64,000 bases of DNA from an uncultured Holophaga sp. (GTDB taxonomy: Bacteria > Acidobacteriota > Holophagae > Holophagales > Holophagaceae), in contig OY761614.1 in NCBI GenBank assembly GCA_963664825.1, positions 1,056,001 through 1,120,000 on the forward strand, in the 5' to 3' direction. The number at the start of each line of letters is the position of its first letter. The stretch's first letter is position 1. This document shows, piece by piece, positions 8,000-28,131 of this stretch. The notes beneath the pieces were generated by a model, which was not told the origin of the DNA, searched no databases, and saw only the letters and a list, made by a program, of their open reading frames with translations. The position numbers and the translations under genes were made by a program.

Positions 8000-10180
8000 A
8001 TGAATACATTAACTTTCCACCCCACCACCGTCAGCGTGGATCTCGGCGGAACCCCCATCAGCCTCGAGACGGGGCGCATCGCCAAGCAGGCCGCCGGCTC
8101 CGTGGTCGTCCGCCAGGGCGACACCATGGTCCTGGTGGCCGTCTGCACCGCCGATCCCCGGGAAGGCATCGACTTCTTCCCCCTCACGGTGGACTATCGC
8201 GAACCCGTCTTTGCCGCCGGCAAGATCCCTGGCGGCTGGTTCAAGCGCGAGGGCAAGCAGACCACGAAAGAAACCCTCACCAGCCGCCTCATCGATCGCC
8301 CCCTGCGCCCCCTCTTCGAGGAAGGCTACAACGGCGACACCATGATCACCTGCCAGGTCATCAGCTACGATGGCCAGCATGCCCCGGAAGTCCTGGCCCT
8401 GGTGGGTGCCTCGGCGGCCCTCATCATCAGCGAGATCCCCTTCCACAGCCCCGTGGGCGGTGTGCGGGTGGGCCGCGTCAACGGGCAGCTCGTGGTGAAC
8501 CCCACCACCGATCAGCGCGAGGGCAGCGATCTCGATCTGGTCGTGGCCGGCACGGACGAGGCCCTGGTGATGGTCGAATGCGGCGCCCAGGAAGTGCAGG
8601 AAGCCGATATGGTGAAGGCCCTGGAATTCGGCCAGGAGCAGATCCGCATCCTGGTGAAGCTCCAGCAGGAGCTCCAGGCCAAGGTCGGCAAGGCCAAGAT
8701 GGTGCCGGTGAAAGTCGAGCTGAACCAGGATATCTATAAGCAGGTGGCTGACACCTTCGCCGAGAAGCTCTTCAAGGCCCTCACCATGAAGGTGAAGATC
8801 GAGAGCTACAAGGCCATCGACGCCCTCAAGAAGGAAGCCGTCAAGGCCCTGGCCACCGAAAAGCCTGAGCTGAAGAAGGAGGTCGTCGCCAGCTTCGAAC
8901 TCCTCAAGGAGACCCTGTTCCGCAATGCCGTCCTCAAGCAGGGCGTGCGCCTGGATGGCCGCAAGTTCGACCAGATCCGCCCCCTCAACATCGAAGTGGG
9001 CGTCCTGCCTTCCTCCCACGGTTCCTGCCTCTTCACCCGCGGCGAGACCCAGGCCATGGTCACCACCACCCTGGGCACCCTCCAAAACATCCAGATCATC
9101 GATGGCCTGGAAGAGGAGTACAAGAAGAAGTTCTACCTGCACTACAACTTCCCCGGCTACTCCGTGGGCGAATGCAAGCCCAACCGTGGCCCCGGACGCC
9201 GGGAGATCGGTCACGGCATGCTGGCCGAGCGCTCCCTCTTCGCCATGATGCCTGACGCCGAGCAGAACCCCTACACCGTGCGCGTGGTCAGCGATATCAC
9301 CGAGAGCAACGGCTCCAGCTCCATGGCCACCATCTGCGGCGGCACCCTGGCACTGATGGACGCAGGCATCAAGCTGAAGGCACCGGTGGCCGGCGTGGCC
9401 ATGGGCCTCGTCAGCGATGGCGACAAGTTTGTGGTGCTCACCGATATCGCCGGTCAGGAAGACCACTATGGCGATATGGACTTCAAGGTGGCCGGCACGC
9501 CCAATGGCATCACTGCCCTCCAGATGGATATCAAGATCGGCGGCATCACCACCGCGATCCTCACCAAGGCCCTTGACCAGGCCAAGAAGGGCCGCCTGGA
9601 ATTGCTGGCCGCAATGGGCAACGTGCTGGCCGCACCTCGCGCCGAATTCGCGGGCAACGCTCCCCAGATGCACAGCCTCCAGCTCCCCAAGGAAAAGATC
9701 CGCGACGTCATCGGCAAGGGCGGCGTGACCATCCGCGGCATCATCGAGACCAGCGGCTGCGACGTGAACATCGATGACAACGGCCTCTGCCAGGTTTCCG
9801 GACCCACCCAGGAGAAGCTGCAGGTCGCCCTCAAGATGATCGGCGATCTCATTCAGAGCGCCGAAGTGGGCGCCACCTACCTGGGCAAGGTCGCCAAAGT
9901 CGTCGAATTCGGCGCCTTCGTGACGATCCTCCCCGGCATCGATGGCCTGCTGCACGTGAGTGAAATGGCCCCCTACCGGGTCGCCAATCCCGCCGACGAA
10001 GTGAGCGAAGGCCAGGAGATCATGGTCAAGTGCATCGGCGTCGACGAGCGCGGCAAGATCAAGCTTAGCCGCAAGGCCCTGTTGCCCAAGGTCGAAGGCG
10101 AGGAAGGCCAGGCTCCCACCGAAGGCGAACCCGCCGCCAGCGAGGAGCGCCCCCGGCGCCCCCGCGCACCCAGGCGCTAA
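8000..10180 (+). CDS. pnp: Polyribonucleotide nucleotidyltransferase (PNPase)
   Basis: DFFPLTVDYRE, FTRGETQA, SNGSSSMA, DMDFKVAG, KH and S1 domains; AGGAG RBS. Confidence 0.98.
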   Translation: MNTLTFHPTTVSVDLGGTPISLETGRIAKQAAGSVVVRQGDTMVLVAVCTADPREGIDFFPLTVDYREPVFAAGKIPGGWFKREGKQTTKETLTSRLIDRPLRPLFEEGYNGDTMITCQVISYDGQHAPEVLALVGASAALIISEIPFHSPVGGVRVGRVNGQLVVNPTTDQREGSDLDLVVAGTDEALVMVECGAQEVQEADMVKALEFGQEQIRILVKLQQELQAKVGKAKMVPVKVELNQDIYKQVADTFAEKLFKALTMKVKIESYKAIDALKKEAVKALATEKPELKKEVVASFELLKETLFRNAVLKQGVRLDGRKFDQIRPLNIEVGVLPSSHGSCLFTRGETQAMVTTTLGTLQNIQIIDGLEEEYKKKFYLHYNFPGYSVGECKPNRGPGRREIGHGMLAERSLFAMMPDAEQNPYTVRVVSDITESNGSSSMATICGGTLALMDAGIKLKAPVAGVAMGLVSDGDKFVVLTDIAGQEDHYGDMDFKVAGTPNGITALQMDIKIGGITTAILTKALDQAKKGRLELLAAMGNVLAAPRAEFAGNAPQMHSLQLPKEKIRDVIGKGGVTIRGIIETSGCDVNIDDNGLCQVSGPTQEKLQVALKMIGDLIQSAEVGATYLGKVAKVVEFGAFVTILPGIDGLLHVSEMAPYRVANPADEVSEGQEIMVKCIGVDERGKIKLSRKALLPKVEGEEGQAPTEGEPAASEERPRRPRAPRR

Positions 10181-10204
10181 GCCCCAACACCGTTAACTCC
10201 GCAT

Positions 10205-10238
10205 AACAGAAGGGGCCCCGTCAGGGCCCCTTCTGTTT
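10205..10238 (+). terminator. Intrinsic terminator after pnp
   Basis: AACAGAAGGGGCCC-CGTCA-GGGCCCCTTCTGTT. Confidence 0.85.
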
Positions 10239-10275
10239 GCCAGCGCGGATCGTTCGAGAATTAGAAAAGCAGGCC

Positions 10276-10306
10276 AAAAAAAACGCCCGCCGGATGGCGG
10301 GCGTTT
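10276..10306 (-). terminator. Intrinsic terminator after rpoC
   Basis: AAACGCCCGCC-GGAT-GGCGGGCGTTT with an A8 tract (U tract on the minus strand). Confidence 0.85.
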
Positions 10307-10326
10307 CCCATTCAGAGAGGAACTTC

Positions 10327-14577
<4,251 letters not shown>

Positions 14578-14649
14578 AGTGACCTCGTCAATCTATTCGC
14601 TGGATCAGGCTTCTCGCTGGATCAGGCAGGCGGGACCGGAGTCCCGACG

Positions 14650-19176
<4,527 letters not shown>

Positions 19177-19435
19177 GGTTCACTCCAGGATCATGCCGGG
19201 AACCGCCGCAGCGGCCCCCCGGAGAGGCACAGGTTTGAATTCTTCAACGGCATGACACGCGCCCACAAGCCAAGGGCCAGTCTTCCATCCGTTCCGGAAG
19301 GAAGCTGACCCCAACGACTTGGACATGCACGTGCAGGGGATGTATAGCAACCGAAGCCCTTCGTGGTGGCTGGGTTCTGCCTGCCCGGGGCGCCGACCCG
19401 GGCGTAAGGAATAAGCATACCACTTTACGCGAGAG

Positions 19436-19483
19436 GCGCAAAGCGCAAAGCGCAAGGCACACCCGGCGCCTCGCGCTTTGCGT
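19436..19483 (-). terminator. Hairpin (terminator or attenuator) between rplL and rpoB
   Basis: GCGCAAAGCGCAAGGC pairs with GCCTCGCGCTTTGCGT; tandem GCGCAAA units. Confidence 0.5.
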
Positions 19484-19499
19484 TTCCAGCGGGAACGGT

Positions 19500-19874
19500 C
19501 TACTTAATCGTGACCTTGGCGCCGGCTGCCTCAAGCTTTTCCTTGATCTTGGCAGCCTCTTCCTTGGTCGCGCCTTCCTTGACGACCTTGGGAGCGCCGT
19601 CCACCAAGTCCTTAGCCTCTTTGAGGCCGAGGCCGGGGACGATCTCGCGGACCGCCTTGATGACGTTCAGCTTGTTGGCGCCCGTTTCGGTGAGCTCGAC
19701 GTCAAATTCGGTCTGCTCTTCGGCGGCGGCGGCAGGGGCGGCGGAACCACCCCCCACGGAGACGGCGGCGGCAGAGACGCCGAAGCGCTCTTCAAGAGCC
19801 TTGACCAAGCTGGCCAGCTCGAGAACGGTCATGGATTCGATTTCCTGGATCAACTGATCGGCGGTGAGAGCCAT
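19500..19874 (-). CDS. rplL: 50S ribosomal protein L7/L12
   Basis: [25 protein letters not shown]. Confidence 0.98.
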   Translation of the reverse strand: MALTADQLIQEIESMTVLELASLVKALEERFGVSAAAVSVGGGSAAPAAAAEEQTEFDVELTETGANKLNVIKAVREIVPGLGLKEAKDLVDGAPKVVKEGATKEEAAKIKEKLEAAGAKVTIK

Positions 19875-19940
19875 GGGGTACTCCTCTCGGAATTGAGATT
19901 CGGGGTTGAGGTGAAGCGACTCTAGCCAAGCAACGCTTCG

Positions 19941-20432
19941 CTAAGCCGCGCCTTCCTTCTGCTGCCGGATCTGGTCCAAAGCAATGGCCAAGCCGGAAAC
20001 AGGGTACTGCATGAGATAGAGCAGCTTGCTGATGAGCACGTCGCGGCTCGGGAGTTCGGCAATGGCCTGGAACTCCTGGATCGAGACGGCCTTCCCATCG
20101 AGGATGGCGCCCTTGAAATTAGCCGCCGGATTATCCTTCAGGAAGACGCTCACAGCCTTGGCGAGGGAGACGATATCGCCTTCGCTGGTCGCGACGGCCG
20201 TGGCGCCCTTGAAATGTGGAGTGAGCACTTCAAAGGGGGTTTCCTTCACGGCCAGGCGCAACAGGGTGTTCTTGGACACCCGGTAATGGGCCTTGCTCTC
20301 GCGGATGTTCTTTCGGAAGGCCGTGTCCTTGACCACGCTGAGGCCCTTGAAGCCCAGCACCACCGCAGACTTAGCCGAGGTGAATGTACCCTGGAGGAGG
20401 GTCACTTCTTGATGCTTCTGTTCGCGTTCCAT
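19941..20432 (-). CDS. rplJ: 50S ribosomal protein L10
   Basis: YRVSKNTLLRLA, AELPSRDVL; position between rplA and rplL. Confidence 0.96.
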   Translation of the reverse strand: MEREQKHQEVTLLQGTFTSAKSAVVLGFKGLSVVKDTAFRKNIRESKAHYRVSKNTLLRLAVKETPFEVLTPHFKGATAVATSEGDIVSLAKAVSVFLKDNPAANFKGAILDGKAVSIQEFQAIAELPSRDVLISKLLYLMQYPVSGLAIALDQIRQQKEGAA

Positions 20433-20440
20433 GCTCCGCC

Positions 20441-21133
20441 TCACTTCTCAACAATGCTGGTGGACACGGTCACGCTGGGGCCCATCGTCGAAGCCAAGTG
20501 AATGGCCATGACGTACTTGCCCTTGGCTGCGGACGGTTTGGCCTTCTGCACGGCGTTGATGAGGGCGCGGGCGTTTTCCACCAGCTTCTCAACTCCGAAG
20601 GACAGCTTGCCCACACCAGCATGGATGATGCCGGTCTTGTCGACGCGGTATTCCACCTTTCCGGCCTTGATCTCCTTGATGGCCTTGGCCACGTCGAAGG
20701 TCACGGTTCCGGTCTTGGGGTTCGGCATGAGGCCTCGGGGACCGAGCACCTTACCGAGACGACCCACGCCCTTCATCATGTCAGGCGTCGCCACGAGGGC
20801 GTCGAATTCCAGAAAACCGCCTGCGATGCGTTCCACAAGATCGTCGCCACCGACGATCTCTGCGCCCACGGCTTCCGCCTCTTTGATCTTTTCGCCTCCA
20901 GCGATGACGGCCACCCGCATTGTCTTGCCCGTTCCATGGGGCAGGACGATGGTGCCGCGAACCATCTGGTCCGCGTGGCGGGGGTCGACACCGAGCCTCA
21001 TGTGCAATTCCACAGTCTCATCGAACTTGGCGTAAGCCACGTCCTTGATGGCAGTGAGCGCATCCTTGAGGTCATAAGGGCGATCCTCGATCGTGGAGGC
21101 GGCAGCCCGGTACTTCTTGCCAGGTTTTGCCAT
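20441..21133 (-). CDS. rplA: 50S ribosomal protein L1
   Basis: [23 protein letters not shown]. Confidence 0.98.
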   Translation of the reverse strand: MAKPGKKYRAAASTIEDRPYDLKDALTAIKDVAYAKFDETVELHMRLGVDPRHADQMVRGTIVLPHGTGKTMRVAVIAGGEKIKEAEAVGAEIVGGDDLVERIAGGFLEFDALVATPDMMKGVGRLGKVLGPRGLMPNPKTGTVTFDVAKAIKEIKAGKVEYRVDKTGIIHAGVGKLSFGVEKLVENARALINAVQKAKPSAAKGKYVMAIHLASTMGPSVTVSTSIVEK

Positions 21134-21218
21134 AACTACTCCTCTTCGGAAGATCTTCCGCGATAACGGTCGCGGTTACCGGGAGTTCCGCACGCTGCGG
21201 TCCTCCGCAAAAAAACAA

Positions 21219-21650
21219 TCAGTCAACGACCTCGACGCCCATGGAGCGCGCGGAGCCGGCGATGGAGCGCATGGCCGATTCGAGGCTGCCGGCATTGAGA
21301 TCGGGCATCTTGGCCTTGGCGATCTCTTCGAGCTGCACCTTGGTGAGCTTGCCCACCTTCTGTTTGTTAGGCGTGGCGCTGCCCTTGTCGAGGCCGAGCT
21401 TCTTCTTGATGAGGACGGCCGCGGGGGGCGTCTTCAGGATGAAGCTGAAGCTGCGGTCACCAAAGACCGTGATCACCACGGGAACGATGGTGCCCTTCTC
21501 CACGGCACCCACGGACTTCGCGTTGAACTGCTTCACGAATTCCATGATATTGACGCCGTGCTGGCCAAGAGCCGGGCCCACGGGAGGGGCCGGGGTGGCT
21601 TCGCCTGCGGGAAGCTGCAGCTTGATGTATCCGGTGACCTTCTTTGCCAT
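21219..21650 (-). CDS. rplK: 50S ribosomal protein L11
   Basis: [21 protein letters not shown]. Confidence 0.98.
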   Translation of the reverse strand: MAKKVTGYIKLQLPAGEATPAPPVGPALGQHGVNIMEFVKQFNAKSVGAVEKGTIVPVVITVFGDRSFSFILKTPPAAVLIKKKLGLDKGSATPNKQKVGKLTKVQLEEIAKAKMPDLNAGSLESAMRSIAGSARSMGVEVVD

Positions 21651-21766
21651 GTTCGTCTTCCTTTCCCGCAGCGGATTCCGGCAAATGCCGGCGACTGCTG
21701 CCTTCAAGGGCGTGCGGCAGGATTACCGCGTGCCTGGTCTGCGTTTCGAAGCCTTTTGAAAACGCG

Positions 21767-22402
21767 TCAGCGTTTTTCAACCTGGATGAAATCGAGTTCG
21801 ACGGAGGTGCTGCGCCCGAAGACCGTCACCATCACCTTGATGGTGGAACGTTCCTCGTGGATCTCATCCACATCCCCTTCAAAATTAGCGAAGGGGCCGT
21901 CTATGATACGGACCTTTTCACCCTTTTCAAAGTGGAATTTAGGCTTGGGCCGCTCCTGGGTCTCCTCGGTGTGGTTCATGATCTGCCGGACTTCATCATC
22001 CGTGAGGGGCGTGGGCCGCTTCTTATTGGCGCCGACGAAGCTGGTCACCTTGGGCGTATTACGCACCAGATGCCAATCGGCATCCTCCATTTCGGAGATC
22101 GCGCCCTTCTTGGTGACGGCGATCTGCACGAGCAGGTAGCCGGGGAAGGATTTGCGCTTCTTGAGAATGCGCTCCTTCTTCCCGCTCTTGGCATCCACCT
22201 TCATTTCTTCGTAGGTCTCTTCTGGGATCTGAATATCGCCGAAAGAGGTGTCCCGGGCTTCCATCTTGATGCGCTGCCGCAAGCTCTCCATCACCTTGGC
22301 TTCGTAGCCCGAGTAGGTGTGAATGATGAACCAGGCCAGTTTCTGTTCTGGAATAGCCTCGACGGGAATCGGGGCCTGCTGAGTGCCGATGAGATCAGTC
22401 AT
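21767..22402 (-). CDS. nusG: Transcription termination/antitermination factor NusG
   Basis: WFIIHTYSGYE, FPGYLLV, KOW VRIIDGPFANFEG, FGRSTSVELDF. Confidence 0.97.
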   Translation of the reverse strand: MTDLIGTQQAPIPVEAIPEQKLAWFIIHTYSGYEAKVMESLRQRIKMEARDTSFGDIQIPEETYEEMKVDAKSGKKERILKKRKSFPGYLLVQIAVTKKGAISEMEDADWHLVRNTPKVTSFVGANKKRPTPLTDDEVRQIMNHTEETQERPKPKFHFEKGEKVRIIDGPFANFEGDVDEIHEERSTIKVMVTVFGRSTSVELDFIQVEKR

Positions 22403-22415
22403 GCGTCCTCCAGGC

Positions 22416-22607
22416 CTAGTGGTTAGGGAGGATGAAGCTCATCCCCCAGGTAATGCACCGGTCTGCGGTGTACAGGAAGACCGCCACAAATAGGGAGACG
22501 ACGACGACGGCTCCGGTGGAGCTCATCACCTTCTCCTTGGTTGGCCAATCCACGCGGTTGAGTTCGGCGAGGAGGTCCTTCGTTTGCTGCTTGATGGTGG
22601 TGATCAA
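22416..22607 (-). CDS. secE: Preprotein translocase subunit SecE
   Basis: ELNRVDWPT plus one TM helix; lies between tRNA-Trp and nusG; TTG start after GAGGGGG. Confidence 0.88.
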   Translation of the reverse strand: MITTIKQQTKDLLAELNRVDWPTKEKVMSSTGAVVVVSLFVAVFLYTADRCITWGMSFILPNH

Positions 22608-22635
22608 GATGTACCCCCTCAGCGGGCGGACTTTC

Positions 22636-22669
22636 AATAAACCGGCCCCAGCGCGAAAGGCTGGGGCCG
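22636..22669 (-). terminator. Hairpin after tRNA-Trp (partial terminator or processing signal)
   Basis: CGGCCCCAGC-7 nt-GCTGGGGCCG followed by GTTTATT on the minus strand. Confidence 0.55.
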
Positions 22670-22677
22670 AAACGAAG

Positions 22678-22753
22678 TGGCAGGGGAGACAGGGGTCGAA
22701 CCTGCGACCTGCGGATTTGGAGTCCGCTGCTCTGCCAGCTGAGCTACTCCCCT
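22678..22753 (-). tRNA. tRNA-Trp (CCA)
   Basis: AGGGGAGTAGCTCAGCTGGCAGAGCAGCGGACT-CCA-AATCCGC...GGTTCGACCCC...CCA cloverleaf. Confidence 0.96.
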
Positions 22754-22807
22754 ATAGTCAAGAGGCTAGCGCCGAACCCCGCCCTGAGGCAGAGTCCGGC
22801 GTCCGAC

Positions 22808-22957
22808 CTACTTCGCTTCGCGATGAATCTTGTGGCCGCCACAGAACCGGCAGAATTTCTTGAATTCAAGCTTGCCGGTGGTGGTTCTCTTGTTCTTGGT
22901 TGTGCTGTAGTTCTTGCGCTTGCATTCAGCGCACTGCAATTGAACGATATCGCGCAT
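22808..22957 (-). CDS. rpmG: 50S ribosomal protein L33 (Zn-ribbon form); not in the ORF track
   Basis: Manual translation MRDIVQLQCAECKRKNYSTTKNKRTTTGKLEFKKFCRFCGGHKIHREAK*. Confidence 0.96.
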   Translation of the reverse strand: MRDIVQLQCAECKRKNYSTTKNKRTTTGKLEFKKFCRFCGGHKIHREAK

Positions 22958-22979
22958 GACGGAATCCTTGCTGTTTCAG

Positions 22980-24179
<1,200 letters not shown>

Positions 24180-24232
24180 TGTTGCCTCCTGAGGTGGGTG
24201 GAATTGATGAAACGTGCGAGGGACGAAAGAAG

Positions 24233-24307
<75 letters not shown>

Positions 24308-24317
24308 CTGGAACTTC

Positions 24318-24393
<76 letters not shown>

Positions 24394-24428
24394 TTGCTGA
24401 CCAGCCTTCCTCGAAAGGACTGGATGGG

Positions 24429-24515
24429 TGGTGCCGAGAGAAGGATTCGAACCTCCGTAACGCGTTGCGTGGCAGATTTACAGTCTGCTGCCATTAACCA
24501 CTCGGCCATCTCGGC
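24429..24515 (-). tRNA. tRNA-Tyr (GTA)
   Basis: GCCGAGATGGCCGAGTGGTTAATGGCAGCAGACT-GTA-AATCTGC, long variable arm, GGTTCGAATCC...CCA. Confidence 0.95.
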
Positions 24516-24625
24516 ATTGTATTCGGTTGTCAATCTTCCTCATCCGGTAGCTCTGCGGGGCAAAGCTTTCCTGATAGGGAATCCGAAAGATATCACGCAC
24601 ATCGCCCGACCACAACCGGAAAAGT

Positions 24626-25360
24626 TCAGCGGCTTCCATTGGCACGCACCGCCAACACACGGAAAAGCATGACCGAGGCCGCCGCAGAGACATTCAGGCT
24701 CTCGATTCCGCCAGGCATGGGGATGCGGAGCAAAGCGTCACAGTGCTCGGCGATCTTCTCGTGCAGTCCCTCCCCTTCCGAACCGAGCACAAGCACCGTG
24801 GCCCGATCGAAGGGCTCCCGGAGGTAATCCGTGCTCTTGGGTCCGGCCGCCAACCCGAAGGTCCAGGCTCCGACCTCCTTGAGCTCCTCCAGAGCGCGGG
24901 CGAGATTCACCACACGCACCAGCGAGACCCTGGCGGCCGTCCCGGCGCTGGCGCGGACCACGGTATCGTTGACCTGGGCGCTGCGCCGCTCGGGGAAGAC
25001 GACCCCATCCACCCCCGCCGCCGCGGCGGATCGCAGGATCGCCCCGAAATTATGAGGGTCGGTCACGCCGTCCAGAGCCAGGACCAGAGCCGCGTTCCCC
25101 CGTTCCCGCACACGGTCCAGCAGGGCCTCCATGGAATCCAGACGCAGCTCGCCCCCTTCTCCCAACACACCCTGGTGGCGCTGGCCCTCGGCCCTGCGGT
25201 CGAGGCTATCCATGGGCTCCCGGTGCACGGTCACACCCGCGGCCCGGGCCTCGGTTCGGAGCTTGGCACACCGCTCCCAGGCCGGAGGAGCGATGCGGAG
25301 CACCTGCAGCTCCCCCTGGGCTAGGGCTTCTTCACACGCATGGGGACCGAGAAAGCGCAT
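24626..25360 (-). CDS. rlmB: 23S rRNA 2'-O-methyltransferase, SpoU/TrmH family
   Basis: HQGV, LDGVTDPHNFGAILRSA, VLGSEGEGL, IPMPGGIESLNVSAA. Confidence 0.9.
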   Translation of the reverse strand: MRFLGPHACEEALAQGELQVLRIAPPAWERCAKLRTEARAAGVTVHREPMDSLDRRAEGQRHQGVLGEGGELRLDSMEALLDRVRERGNAALVLALDGVTDPHNFGAILRSAAAAGVDGVVFPERRSAQVNDTVVRASAGTAARVSLVRVVNLARALEELKEVGAWTFGLAAGPKSTDYLREPFDRATVLVLGSEGEGLHEKIAEHCDALLRIPMPGGIESLNVSAAASVMLFRVLAVRANGSR

Positions 25361-25365
25361 GGGAT

Positions 25366-26742
25366 TCAGAAACTCCGCTTGAAGCCGATGGACCAGAGAT
25401 GGCCCATGGCCTCGATGCGGGTCTTGGTGCCCACGGTCCGGTACCCCAAGTTGTCCCAAGTCCCCTCGGTGTTGTAGCTATCGAGATCCAGGTTCTGCCG
25501 GAACTGGTAGCCCACATTCAGCTCGCCACCCCAGATCCGGTAGCCCGCACCAAGGGAAAAGGCCGCCGACCGCGACCCGGAGAGGAGCGGATTGACGTTG
25601 GCGTCATCCTGGAGGGCCGGTTCGAAGGAGGCGCCGGCCCGCAGCGTCCAGAAGCGGCCCACCAGCACCTCCGCCATGGCGCTCACCCCAAACCCGCTGC
25701 GGAAGCCCGTCGGCAGCTCGGTGCCGATGTCCCCGCTGAGGGTGGTCACGGTGGGCGAGGAAGGCAGTTCCATGCTGGAGCCCTCGATATGGTGCACGTC
25801 TAGTTCCCAGGTGACGAACTGGTTCACACGCTGCCGCAGGCCGAGGGTGGCCTTGCCCGGCAGCACGATGCGGCGGGAGCCGGGCTGGTATTGGAGCCCT
25901 GCCACCGTGGCCGCCTCCCGGAGGTTCATCTCCGGGCCCTGGTTTGGAAGGCCATACCCCGAGGGGTTCACGAACAGGGGCTGATCCCCGCCCTGGCTCG
26001 CATGAAGATCCAGGTTCCCCCTCAGGGCCGCCTGATAGGTCCCGGCCAGGGTCCACCGGGGATGGAGGGCCCACCGGAAGCCCAGGGAATAGGAGGGCAC
26101 CGTGACCTTCCCGCCCTGCTGGGCCCTCACTTCGGCCAGGGCCTCGATGGGGTTCGTGGAACTCGCTGGCAGCGAGGGATCCTCCAGCACGAGGGCCCGG
26201 TAATTGGCGCTGAAATCGTAGGACAGTCGGGCCAAGCCCACGCCCACCCCCAGGGAGAAATCCGGACGGATGGCCCAGGCCCCCTGGAATTCCAGGCGTT
26301 CGGCCTTGAGGTCGAGGCTTCGCCCCAGGAAACGGATGGTGCTCTGGTTGGAGATCTCCCCATGACGAAGAAAGGGCTCGTCGAACTTGAGACCAAAGGA
26401 AAAGCGATCATTGGCCTTCCAGGCGCCCCCGAAGGAAGGCAGCGCGCGATTCCGCTCACCGGTGAAGAGGCTGCGCTGGGTGGATTGCAGGGAATCCTGG
26501 GCGGAGGCCATATCCATACCCAGACCCAGATAGGCGCTGGAGGCATCGCGAAGGGTGACGAGAAGGGCTGGATTGAGGGTGCAGGCCTCCAGGCTCTGAC
26601 CAAAGGCCACACCCGTGCCGCTGCGGGCGATACCCACCGGGTCAGAGGCCGGGAGCCAGAGGCTCTGGGCAGCCAGGGGACCCGAAAGCCCCGCCACGAG
26701 GCCCGCCAGGCCAGTTCCCAACCATCGATACAAACGCGCCAT
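25366..26742 (-). CDS. FadL/OmpP1-like outer membrane transport protein
   Basis: Signal peptide; ARSGTGVAFG...NPALL hatch motif; amphipathic strands; C-terminal F. Confidence 0.75.
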   Translation of the reverse strand: MARLYRWLGTGLAGLVAGLSGPLAAQSLWLPASDPVGIARSGTGVAFGQSLEACTLNPALLVTLRDASSAYLGLGMDMASAQDSLQSTQRSLFTGERNRALPSFGGAWKANDRFSFGLKFDEPFLRHGEISNQSTIRFLGRSLDLKAERLEFQGAWAIRPDFSLGVGVGLARLSYDFSANYRALVLEDPSLPASSTNPIEALAEVRAQQGGKVTVPSYSLGFRWALHPRWTLAGTYQAALRGNLDLHASQGGDQPLFVNPSGYGLPNQGPEMNLREAATVAGLQYQPGSRRIVLPGKATLGLRQRVNQFVTWELDVHHIEGSSMELPSSPTVTTLSGDIGTELPTGFRSGFGVSAMAEVLVGRFWTLRAGASFEPALQDDANVNPLLSGSRSAAFSLGAGYRIWGGELNVGYQFRQNLDLDSYNTEGTWDNLGYRTVGTKTRIEAMGHLWSIGFKRSF

Positions 26743-26857
26743 GCTCCAACCTCCGAAAAGGGTCCGCTTCCCAAATGGCGCGGGGGCCCCACAGGTTCAA
26801 TACCGAACCCCAGGATGGCCGAAGGTCCCCCAGCCACCAAGGGGCTATTCTTGAGGA

Positions 26858-28051
26858 ATGGCCTCTGCCCGCCCTCCCACTGGCATCGCCGCCCGCCTGG
26901 GCTGGGTCTCCTTCTTCAACGACTTTTCCAGCGAGGTTCTGGCCCGGGTGCTTCCCCTGCATCTGACCTTGACCCTCGGCATCAGCCCCGCCTTCCTGGG
27001 CCTCATCGAGGGCCTAGCCGAAAGCATCGCAGTGCTCTTGAAGGGCGTTTCCGGCTGGCTTTCGGACCGCTTCACCAGCCGCAAGAGCTTCGTAATGGGG
27101 GGCTACGCCCTCTCCGTGGCCGCCCGAGCCTGTTACTTGGCGGTGTTCTCGCCGACCCTACTGGGCCTTTCCCGAGTCCTGGACCGGGTGGGCAAGGGCC
27201 TGCGAGGCGCCCCTCGGGACGCCATGGTGGCCGATGCCGCAGTCTCCGGGAAATCCGGCCGCGACTTCGGCATCACGCGGTTCCTGGACACCCTGGGGGC
27301 CATGGCGGGCCTGGCTCTAGTCCTGATCCTGGGCGTGGGTCATGGCCCCTTAGGCGCCACCACCTTCCGGATATGTGCATGGATCGCCCTGCCCCTGGGC
27401 ATAGCGACCCTGGGGTTGCTCATCTTTTGGGTGCCCCGGATCCCCCGCGCCACCCTTACCTCGAACCGCTTGGCCTGGCGCCTCCCCAAGGAGATCCGAG
27501 GCTACCTGCCCATCGTGTTCGTCTTCGGGCTGGCCAATTCCAGTGATGCCTTCCTGGTGATCAAGGCCCAGCGGGTGGGCTTCGGGTTCCGAGAGATCCT
27601 GGGCCTGTTCCTCGTCTTCAACGCCCTGGCCGCAGCGCTCGCCGTGCCCGTGGGAAGGCTCTCGGATCGCTTCGGCCGTGTGCGTTTCCTGGCTCTCGGA
27701 TGGGCGGTCTACGCCATGGCCTATGCAGCGATGGGCCTGGCCTCCTCCCGCGGGACCTTCGCCATGGCCCTCCTCGGGTATGGGGCTTTCTACGGCCTCA
27801 CCGAAGGCGTGGAGAAGGCCCTTCTGGCGGACCTGCTGCCCGCCGAACAACGAGGCACGGGCTTCGGAGCCTTTCAGACGGCCCTGGGCCTAGCCGCCCT
27901 CCTGGCCAGCCCCCTGATGGGCCTCCTGATGGCGCGACGGGGCACCACCTTCGCCTTCCTGGTCGCAGGCGGAACCGCACTGGCGGCCATGCTGGCCCTG
28001 ATCGCCTGGTCAAACCTGCGCAGAAAGCAGCTTTTTTCAAAAAAGTCTTAA
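26858..28051 (+). CDS. MFS transporter
   Basis: SFFNDFSSE, GWLSDRFTSRK, DRVGKGLRGAPRDA, GRLSDRFGR; about 12 TM helices. Confidence 0.9.
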   Translation: MASARPPTGIAARLGWVSFFNDFSSEVLARVLPLHLTLTLGISPAFLGLIEGLAESIAVLLKGVSGWLSDRFTSRKSFVMGGYALSVAARACYLAVFSPTLLGLSRVLDRVGKGLRGAPRDAMVADAAVSGKSGRDFGITRFLDTLGAMAGLALVLILGVGHGPLGATTFRICAWIALPLGIATLGLLIFWVPRIPRATLTSNRLAWRLPKEIRGYLPIVFVFGLANSSDAFLVIKAQRVGFGFREILGLFLVFNALAAALAVPVGRLSDRFGRVRFLALGWAVYAMAYAAMGLASSRGTFAMALLGYGAFYGLTEGVEKALLADLLPAEQRGTGFGAFQTALGLAALLASPLMGLLMARRGTTFAFLVAGGTALAAMLALIAWSNLRRKQLFSKKS

Positions 28052-28131
28052 CACAATGTCAATCACACCTTCCCCTTGCCCCACACCGGAGGGGGGTCTG
28101 TCAGACTGTCCCGGCGATCAATGGAGATCCC

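Noticed and set aside
19436..19456. GCGCAAA tandem heptamers as a variable-number repeat
   Set aside because: Only about three units, forming one arm of the rplL-rpoB hairpin
24545..24595. GGGCAAAG...GAAAG resembling a c-di-GMP-I riboswitch
   Set aside because: Wrong strand relative to downstream genes, no proper P2/P3 pairing; likely the tRNA operon promoter region
28048..28068. TTAACA...TCACA upstream of the type I-like GS as a third copy of the protease direct-repeat box
   Set aside because: Second half-site and spacing do not match; too weak to call
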